Under the pieces are notes generated by a model that was not told where the DNA came from, ran no database searches, and was given only the letters and a program-made list of their open reading frames with translations. Positions 57,290 to 64,000 of a DNA stretch of 64,000 nt are shown one piece after another (positions within the stretch are counted from its first letter, which is position 1; each line of letters starts with the position of its first letter). This DNA is from Candidatus Hodarchaeota archaeon (GTDB lineage Archaea > Asgardarchaeota > Lokiarchaeia > Sigyniarchaeales > SOKP01): assembly GCA_048886685.1 (NCBI GenBank), contig JBHLKM010000010.1, forward strand, positions 23,946 to 87,945, written 5' to 3'. A program made the position numbers and the translations under genes.

Positions 57290-58099
57290 TTAAATTCTAG
57301 AGATATAATATCTAAATTTTTCATCATCAATTTGCCATGACTGAAAAAAGTCAAATGGCTTTTTCGTGTCCCAAATGTTCTCAATATTTCTAATGCCATT
57401 GTAGAGATCTGTCAAAAGTGTTTTATCACATGGATATTTTTGATGTGAAGGATAAAGTTCAAAAATATTTTGTTTTTCGCATAATTCTATCAATTTGGAA
57501 AGAGTATTTAGAACTTTTGGAAACATTTCTCTTGTTGGTAAAAATGTGTCTCCGTAATAAGCGACATCACTAGTAAAAAGTTCACCTTTATTAGTAATTA
57601 GACAAATAGAGCCAGGAGAATGTCCTGGTGTATGAATTACTCTAACTTTTATTTCTCCTAAATTAAACTCGTGTCCATCATTGATTTTTTTGATGACTTT
57701 AGCTGGAGGGATTGAAAAATTCTTTTCCTTATATTTATTTACAATTTCACAGGGCGAATCTATTAGAAATGATATATCATATGATGTTGAGATTCTATTT
57801 GCTTCATTTTTATGAACATAAACCTCTCTAAATTCCTCATTTCCTAAAATATGGTCCCAATGAGTATGTGTATTGAGTACATATAGTTTTCTTCTAGCTA
57901 TTAAATCCTCTACAATTGGCTTTAAAGGGTAGAGTCCACATCCCGTATCAAGAAGAAGAGCTGAATGAGAGCCTAAAATCAAATATAAATTAAGAGGATC
58001 GTTTCTATAAACAGGGTGAACAATAGAAATATTTTCTTTTATTACAAACAAATAATCCTTATGTTTTGAAATTTCAAAATGTTGGCTTTCATTATTCAT
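57290..58099 (-). CDS. MBL-fold metallo-hydrolase
   Basis: LDTG, THTHWDH, HTPGHSPGS, FTSD and PSH motifs. Confidence 0.92.
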   Translation of the reverse strand: MNNESQHFEISKHKDYLFVIKENISIVHPVYRNDPLNLYLILGSHSALLLDTGCGLYPLKPIVEDLIARRKLYVLNTHTHWDHILGNEEFREVYVHKNEANRISTSYDISFLIDSPCEIVNKYKEKNFSIPPAKVIKKINDGHEFNLGEIKVRVIHTPGHSPGSICLITNKGELFTSDVAYYGDTFLPTREMFPKVLNTLSKLIELCEKQNIFELYPSHQKYPCDKTLLTDLYNGIRNIENIWDTKKPFDFFQSWQIDDEKFRYYISRI

Positions 58100-58289
58100 A
58101 TTTCTAGTAATGTAAATAATAGATTTAAATTCACATATTTAAGATCTTATACTTTTAAAAATTCAATTAAAGCTTGAGATTTATAGATAAGTATACTCTT
58201 TTAGGCACTTTGAATTGGTAAAATATAATTATTATTATTAACTAATCTTTTCAATAATTTGATTTTGATATATTAAACAATTCATTGTT

Positions 58290-59462
58290 GTGAATGATAT
58301 GGATTTTGCTTTAAACGAACAACAGAAAATGTTAAGAAAAATCACAAGGGAATTTGCTGAAGAATTTATTGCTCCTGTAGCCGAAGAAAGTGATCAAAAT
58401 TCAAAATTGGATGATACTGTGTTTCAGAAAATGAAAGAAATGAACTATTTTGGCACGTGTATTCCAGAAGAATATGGAGGTGCTGGTCTTCATGATGATA
58501 CGATAAGTTTTTGCATTATAACTGAAGAGATTGGACGAGCAGATGCTTCATGGGGTATTACAACAGGTGTTCATTGTAGTGTCTGTGCATACCCCATTTA
58601 TAAATTCGGAACTGAAGACCAAAGACAACAATTTCTTATTGATCTTGCGAAAGGTGATAAAATAGGAGCTTTTTGTTTAACTGAAGCAAATGCCGGTTCA
58701 GATGCAGGAGGAGTACAATTGGGGGCCGAAAAAGATGGTGATGAATGGATTTTAAATGGGAGTAAGATATTTGCTACAAATGGGGGTATAGCAGGAACTT
58801 TACTGGTTGTCGCAAAAACAGGGGAGAAAGGTTCTCGAAAGGAGCTAACTATTTTTATTGTGGATACAAACACTCCTGGCTATTCAGTGGGAGTAAAAGA
58901 AGATAAACTAGGTGTACGGGCTTCAGATACTTCTGAACTTGTTTTTCAAGATGTTCATGTTCCACAGGGAAATATTTTAGGGAAAACAGGAGAAGGGTTC
59001 AAATTAGCTATGCAAATTTTAGATTTCGGTAGAATATCTATAGCCGCACAATGTGTTGGCTTAGGTCAAGCAGCATTAGAAGCTTCAGTTAAATATTCTA
59101 ATGAAAGAGTTCAATTTGGTCAGCCAATAGGAAGATTTCAAGGAATTCAGTGGAAAATATCTGATATGGCATGTGCTGTAGAATCTGGAAGATTATTAAC
59201 TTACAAAGCAGCATATCTGTGTGATAATGGAATGGATTATGGGTTAGCCAGTGCTATGGCAAAACTAGTAGCATCTGAGGCAGCAATGACAGCAGCTCAT
59301 AGTGCCGTTCAAATTCATGGTGGATACGGTTTAATGAAAGCTTATGCTGTAGAAAGATATTTCAGAGATGCTAAAATGGGTGAAATTTATGAAGGAACTT
59401 CTGAAATTCAGAGGTTGGTTATAGCAAACCAATTATTAAGAAAAGGTCCTAATATCTTATAG
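58290..59462 (+). CDS. acyl-CoA dehydrogenase (butyryl-CoA dehydrogenase-like)
   Basis: FCLTEANAGSDA, LNGSKIFATNG, KLGVRASDT, QIHGGYG and IYEGTSEIQR motifs. Confidence 0.95.
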   Translation: MNDMDFALNEQQKMLRKITREFAEEFIAPVAEESDQNSKLDDTVFQKMKEMNYFGTCIPEEYGGAGLHDDTISFCIITEEIGRADASWGITTGVHCSVCAYPIYKFGTEDQRQQFLIDLAKGDKIGAFCLTEANAGSDAGGVQLGAEKDGDEWILNGSKIFATNGGIAGTLLVVAKTGEKGSRKELTIFIVDTNTPGYSVGVKEDKLGVRASDTSELVFQDVHVPQGNILGKTGEGFKLAMQILDFGRISIAAQCVGLGQAALEASVKYSNERVQFGQPIGRFQGIQWKISDMACAVESGRLLTYKAAYLCDNGMDYGLASAMAKLVASEAAMTAAHSAVQIHGGYGLMKAYAVERYFRDAKMGEIYEGTSEIQRLVIANQLLRKGPNIL

Positions 59463-59554
59463 GATAGTTATGGATTCTTACCCGAATCTTTTTTTCTATA
59501 AAAAATTATAATTTATTTAACTTAAATTAAATTTTACAAATCCGGAATCAATTT

Positions 59555-60361
59555 ATGAAAATTTTCGTCTGTATTAAACAAGTACCAGGAGTAGCTGAAG
59601 TAAGAATAGATCCTAATACGAATACTCTCATAAGAGAGGGGATACCATCGATCATGAATCCATATGATAAAAATGCTATAGAGCTAGCCTTGACGATAAA
59701 AGAAGAATTCGATGCGGAAGTCATTGCTATAAGCATGGGTCCACCTCAAGCAGAAGAAGTTTTGAGAGAAGCTTTAGCTATGGGGATTGATAAAGCATTC
59801 TTATTAACTGATAAAGCATTTGCAGGAGCTGACACATTAGCCACGTCATATACTTTATCGCTTGCAATAAAAAAACTATTAAAAGGAATTAGAGAAAAAA
59901 AGAATTATCTCGTTATACTTGGTGCTCAAGCCATTGATGGTGATACAGGTCAAGTAGGTCCGGAACTCGCTGAAGAATTGGGTATACCACAGATTACTTA
60001 TGTTCAAAAATTTAAACTGAGTGAAGAAAAAATAATTGTTGAAAGAGTATTTAGAAAAGAAGAAGTTGTTATCATTGAGACAGAGTTACCTGCTTTATTA
60101 TCAGTATTAAAGGAGCTGAATAATCCTAGACATCCAACTCTTTCAGGGATCGTAGATGCATACCATAAAAAGGAGGTAATTTATTTAAATGCGGAAGAAT
60201 TAAAACCAGATAAACGCAAAATAGGTTTAAATGGGTCAATGACAGAAGTTTGGAAAATTTTTATCCCTGAAAAAAAAGTTGATCAAATTATTATTAAAGG
60301 CACAAATGAAGAAATTGCTAAAGAATTGATTGATAATTTAAAAAATGATAAAATTCTCTAA
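59555..60361 (+). CDS. etfB: electron transfer flavoprotein beta subunit
   Basis: VCIKQVP, NPYD, FAGADTLATS and QAIDGDTGQVGP motifs. Confidence 0.95.
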   Translation: MKIFVCIKQVPGVAEVRIDPNTNTLIREGIPSIMNPYDKNAIELALTIKEEFDAEVIAISMGPPQAEEVLREALAMGIDKAFLLTDKAFAGADTLATSYTLSLAIKKLLKGIREKKNYLVILGAQAIDGDTGQVGPELAEELGIPQITYVQKFKLSEEKIIVERVFRKEEVVIIETELPALLSVLKELNNPRHPTLSGIVDAYHKKEVIYLNAEELKPDKRKIGLNGSMTEVWKIFIPEKKVDQIIIKGTNEEIAKELIDNLKNDKIL

Positions 60362-60372
60362 GAGGATAAAAA

Positions 60373-61572
60373 TTGAGCATATTTATTGATGATGAGCTTT
60401 GCACTGGCTGCGGTAATTGTGCTGAAACTTGTCCTTTTGTAGGGATTGAAATAATTGATAATAAAGCGATTATTACTGAGAATTGTAGCTTTTGCGGTAG
60501 TTGTTTAGATGTTTGTCCAGTTAATGCCATTCTAATTGAAAGAGAGGAATTTAAAGTTGAAAAGGTTGATCTCTCTCAATATAGAGGAATATGGGTCATA
60601 GCTGAGCACTACAAGAACATCATTCATCCTGTAGCATTACAACTGTTAGGAAAAGGAGCAGAACTAGCTAAAGAATTAGAGGTCAAATTAACATTAGTCA
60701 TATTAGGTGCAGATTTTGATGATCAATTAGAAAAGTTTAGTTATTATGGACCAGACGAAATAATTTATATAAAATCTCCAATCTTAAAACATTATTATTC
60801 TGATTTATATGTCCAAGCTTTAACAGAAATAATTATTGAGAATAAACCAGAAATCATTTTGATAGGTGCAACTCCTACAGGAAGAGATTTTGCTCCTAGA
60901 GTTGCTAAAAGGTTAAATGCGGGGCTTACAGCTGATTGTACGGGTTTAGAAATCGATCAAACTACAAGGAATTTGTTACAAACTCGTCCAACATTCGGAG
61001 GTACTCTCATGGCAGTAATTAGAACTCCAAATAGCCGCCCACAAATGGCAACTGTAAGACCTGGAATTTTTAAACCTCCTGAAAAGAAAAGAAAAAAGAC
61101 CGAAGTTAAGAAAATTGAATATAATTTCAAAGAAAAAGATTTAGTTACAAAAATCATCAAAATAATTGATAGGGAGAGAAGCTCTGTAAACCTTGAGGAT
61201 GCTGAGATCATAGTTGCAGGAGGTAGAGGAGTCGGTTCGAGAGAAAATTTTAAAATCATTGAAGAATTAGCTGAAGTATTGGGAGCAGAATTAGGTGGTT
61301 CACGGGTTACTGTAGAGTTAAATTGGTTAGATCAGGATAGACAAATAGGACAAACTGGTAAAACCGTTTCTCCAAAATTATATATTGCTTGTGGAATTTC
61401 TGGTGCGATTCAACATCTGGTAGGAATGCAAAATTCAGAAATTATTGTTGCGATTAATAAAGATCGAAAAGCACCTATTTTTAATATCGCACATTATGGA
61501 ATTGTTGGAGATCTTCATGAAATTGTTCCTGTTCTTATTGAAGAAATCAAGAAGAATAAAAAAAAAGAATAA
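60373..61572 (+). CDS. etfA: electron transfer flavoprotein alpha subunit with N-terminal 2[4Fe-4S] domain
   Basis: CTGCGNCAETCP and CSFCGSCLDVCP clusters, then GLTADCT, RPTFGG, QIGQTGKTV.P and GISGAIQH. Confidence 0.95.
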   Translation: MSIFIDDELCTGCGNCAETCPFVGIEIIDNKAIITENCSFCGSCLDVCPVNAILIEREEFKVEKVDLSQYRGIWVIAEHYKNIIHPVALQLLGKGAELAKELEVKLTLVILGADFDDQLEKFSYYGPDEIIYIKSPILKHYYSDLYVQALTEIIIENKPEIILIGATPTGRDFAPRVAKRLNAGLTADCTGLEIDQTTRNLLQTRPTFGGTLMAVIRTPNSRPQMATVRPGIFKPPEKKRKKTEVKKIEYNFKEKDLVTKIIKIIDRERSSVNLEDAEIIVAGGRGVGSRENFKIIEELAEVLGAELGGSRVTVELNWLDQDRQIGQTGKTVSPKLYIACGISGAIQHLVGMQNSEIIVAINKDRKAPIFNIAHYGIVGDLHEIVPVLIEEIKKNKKKE

Positions 61573-62382
61573 ATTCAATATCAGTATAATCTTAACATTT
61601 CACTTCAGGATTTTTAAATAGTAAGATTGAGAAAGACATAAGAAAAAAAGTAATGGAATGAATTTTTAGTCAAATTCATGTGGAGGAATAAATTATAGGC
61701 TAAAAACAAACATTCCATTACAGCTTAGAAAAAAAAAAATTTTTTTCTGTTACTATAATTAGCAATCTCTTCTTATAAATTTTATGGTAAATCGTCAATT
61801 TTATGAACGCCCTATTCCATAATTCTGTGAATTTTAGTGGTATGATAAAGTATTGCGATTAAGATTTTAATATCTCTCTATAACATCCGTATTTTAAAAA
61901 TAAAAGCTAAATCAACTCATAAATTTAATGAATAAAAAATAATTTTCTTAAAAATTAGGGAAACAAAAACATTTATTTCGAAAATTATTACCCGAATTTT
62001 TGATTTAAAAGTTTTTCTAAAATTTTTGATCAAAAACTAATAATAATTTTATTAAGATTTTAATAAGGATGAAATCTGAAAAATTCACTCTAAAACATTC
62101 ATTTTTTAAGCCATATAACCAAAGTATTCATTCTTTCAATTAAATTTACGTATTATTTATTAACAAGCAACAATTAAATCTTTTATTAAAAAAATCTCAC
62201 ATTTTTCTTGATACTTCTACGATAAAATATTCCACCAATATATTATCATATTTTTTTCCCCATTGTCATTTAAATTTTAATTGAGTAAGAGCAAATTTAA
62301 ATTGATAAATTCTATTTAATTCTTAGTTGAATTATACTTTTATCAAAATTTCAAGTAGAATCATCCAGAAAAAGGTTTTATT

Positions 62383-62901
62383 ATGACGAGTAAAGAATAT
62401 GGAAAAAAGCATTATGTTCCGTTTGTGGGTCTACTAGAGGATTATGTAGGAAGATCTCCTTGGGATTATTACAGTTGGGGTCATATTGCTTTTGGAATTG
62501 GAGCTTTTTCAATTTTTTCATTGATAATAACACTTTGGGAACTTTATATAGGACCAGCCACAATGCCTTGGTATTGGATTCTGATTTTCGTTATTATTGT
62601 TGGGGTTGGATGGGAAATCATTGAAAATACGATCTTATGGAAACTAGGAGTAAAATATGAAAACAGAAAAGATTCCTTTATCAATGCTTTCTTTGATATT
62701 GTATTCGTTACAGTAGGGGGACTGGTAACATGGTTACTTAAGTGGATAGTAATGGATGCTATGGGAGAATTAGGAAGATGGTTTTATGTCTCAGCAATGA
62801 TACTATTTGTTATTATCTTAATTGCCTACTTTATTGGATTTTATATAACCAATGAGAACACTAAAAAGTCAAGAAAAGATTTGGGAAGACTCATTAGCTA
62901 A
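62383..62901 (+). CDS. small membrane protein with H...WE..E...D..D pattern (DUF2585/DUF2238/VanZ-like)
   Basis: WGHIAFG, WEIIEN and DSFINAFFD motifs, with 4 TM segments. Confidence 0.75.
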   Translation: MTSKEYGKKHYVPFVGLLEDYVGRSPWDYYSWGHIAFGIGAFSIFSLIITLWELYIGPATMPWYWILIFVIIVGVGWEIIENTILWKLGVKYENRKDSFINAFFDIVFVTVGGLVTWLLKWIVMDAMGELGRWFYVSAMILFVIILIAYFIGFYITNENTKKSRKDLGRLIS

Positions 62902-63114
62902 TTTTATAAATTATCTTATATTTATCCTTTTTTTTATTTTTATTCCTAAATAATGATTCTTTTGGGCTGAATAGCCTTTTCATCCCTTAATTGGATTTTA
63001 AATTATGGGAGATTATTCCCATTATTATTGATCATGTATAAGTTAATTAAAAACTAGTAATTAAGTAGAACTAGATAAATTTTTTATTAAATATAGTAAT
63101 TATATAAAGGTGCT

Positions 63115-63732
63115 ATGGAACTTAAGAGTTTTAACTTATTGATCGTCGGTATTGGTGGTCAAGGTGTTATTAGAACTGTGCAGATTCTTGCATGGGCGGC
63201 TCTATTAGAAAATTATAAAGTTCGAACCGCTGAAACACATGGTATGGCCCAGAGAGGTGGTTCTGTCTCTTCCTTCCTTCGATTTGGTAATGAAGTTGAA
63301 GGCCCTTTAATCCCTAACGGAAATTCTCAAGTTATTATAGCTCTTGAAGCTAGTGAAGCTGTACGTAATTTTAGGTATGCTAATTCAAACACTATTTTTC
63401 TTATAAATAACAATATCATTGTACCTCCTACGGTTCATTTATTGAATATGGATTATCCTGAACTAGATTCGATTAAAAAATTTTTAGGTCAAGTATCTTC
63501 AAATGTTTTTTTCGTTAATGGACATGAAGAAGCTTTAAAAGCAGGGGATATACGCACATTAAACGTATATATGCTAGGTGTTTTATTGGGTTCTGAAAGA
63601 TTACCAATCAAACATAAAACTCTTGAAAATTCTATAAGAAGATTTGTACCCCAAAAAGCACAAATTTTTAATAAGATTGCTTTTCAAAATGGAATAATAT
63701 ATGGAAAAAAAATAAAAGAGGAAATCAAATGA
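63115..63732 (+). CDS. iorB: indolepyruvate:ferredoxin oxidoreductase beta subunit
   Basis: [20 protein letters not shown] and N..MLG motifs. Confidence 0.92.
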   Translation: MELKSFNLLIVGIGGQGVIRTVQILAWAALLENYKVRTAETHGMAQRGGSVSSFLRFGNEVEGPLIPNGNSQVIIALEASEAVRNFRYANSNTIFLINNNIIVPPTVHLLNMDYPELDSIKKFLGQVSSNVFFVNGHEEALKAGDIRTLNVYMLGVLLGSERLPIKHKTLENSIRRFVPQKAQIFNKIAFQNGIIYGKKIKEEIK

Positions 63733-64000
63733 GTATTCCACATTTTGCTGTAAGTAATCCAGGTAGCCACGTGATACTATTAGGAAATGAAGCAATAGCA
63801 CGTGGTATATTAGAGGCCGGTGTTATTATTGGTGCAGGATACCCGGGAACACCATCATCGGAGATCCTATCAACTCTTGCCCAAATGTATCCATATTTTT
63901 CGCATTTAAAGATAGAATGGAGTATAAATGAAAAGGTTGCATTTGAAGTTGCATATGGAGGTTCAATGTCAAATGTGCGATCTGTGGTGTGTATGAAACA
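63729..64000 (+). CDS. iorA: indolepyruvate:ferredoxin oxidoreductase alpha subunit, 3'-truncated by the window edge (not in the ORF track)
   Basis: ATGA overlap with iorB. Reads [13 protein letters not shown]....[10 protein letters not shown]...[10 protein letters not shown]...MK. Confidence 0.92.
   Translation, partial: MSIPHFAVSNPGSHVILLGNEAIARGILEAGVIIGAGYPGTPSSEILSTLAQMYPYFSHLKIEWSINEKVAFEVAYGGSMSNVRSVVCMK

Noticed and set aside
63005-63022. ATGGGA-N6-TCCCAT inverted repeat upstream of iorB
   Set aside because: It is a single short dyad, and I cannot distinguish operator, terminator or chance.
1864-63801. Numerous 60-116 aa ORFs antisense to or nested in long genes (e.g. 1864, 3630, 21018, 37598, 40678, 46960, 60957)
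   Set aside because: They are shadow ORFs fully overlapping well-supported genes, with no motifs or SD.
1-64000. tRNA, rRNA, integrase or transposase genes
   Set aside because: I saw no GC-rich structured segments or recombinase motifs by eye. tRNAscan-SE or Infernal would be needed to exclude small RNAs.

Overview
Very AT-rich, densely coding archaeal-type window with GGAGG/GAGGTG ribosome-binding sites, TTTATA boxes and frequent TTG/GTG starts. The TPR-longin fusions, a roadblock-like protein and a large helical-solenoid protein suggest an Asgard archaeon, probably Lokiarchaeia (inference). In order it holds: six S1-family sulfatases with a tandem TPR+longin-like pair inside the array; tandem OYE flavoproteins; a family I CoA-transferase-like alpha/beta pair with IpdAB-like active-site residues; a 1281-aa solenoid-nitrilase fusion; a rearrangement scar of gene remnants; an SCP2/HgdAB-like/FAD-oxidoreductase/CCG-FeS/stand-alone ACS-domain/CooC/IlvD run; an ICMT-like pair (one fused to a double wHTH) sharing a 31-bp upstream element with an LVIVD gene; a non-canonical B12 acyl-CoA mutase with MeaB; a membrane/ion cluster (two MscS, CorA, ArsB/NhaD permease) interleaved with three paralogous all-coiled-coil proteins, an Sm-like protein, an RHH regulator and an unannotated acidic microprotein; a PAS histidine kinase; Acd-EtfBA; and iorB-iorA. 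I saw no rRNA, tRNA, CRISPR array or transposase. All family calls come from reading motifs by eye, not from database searches.
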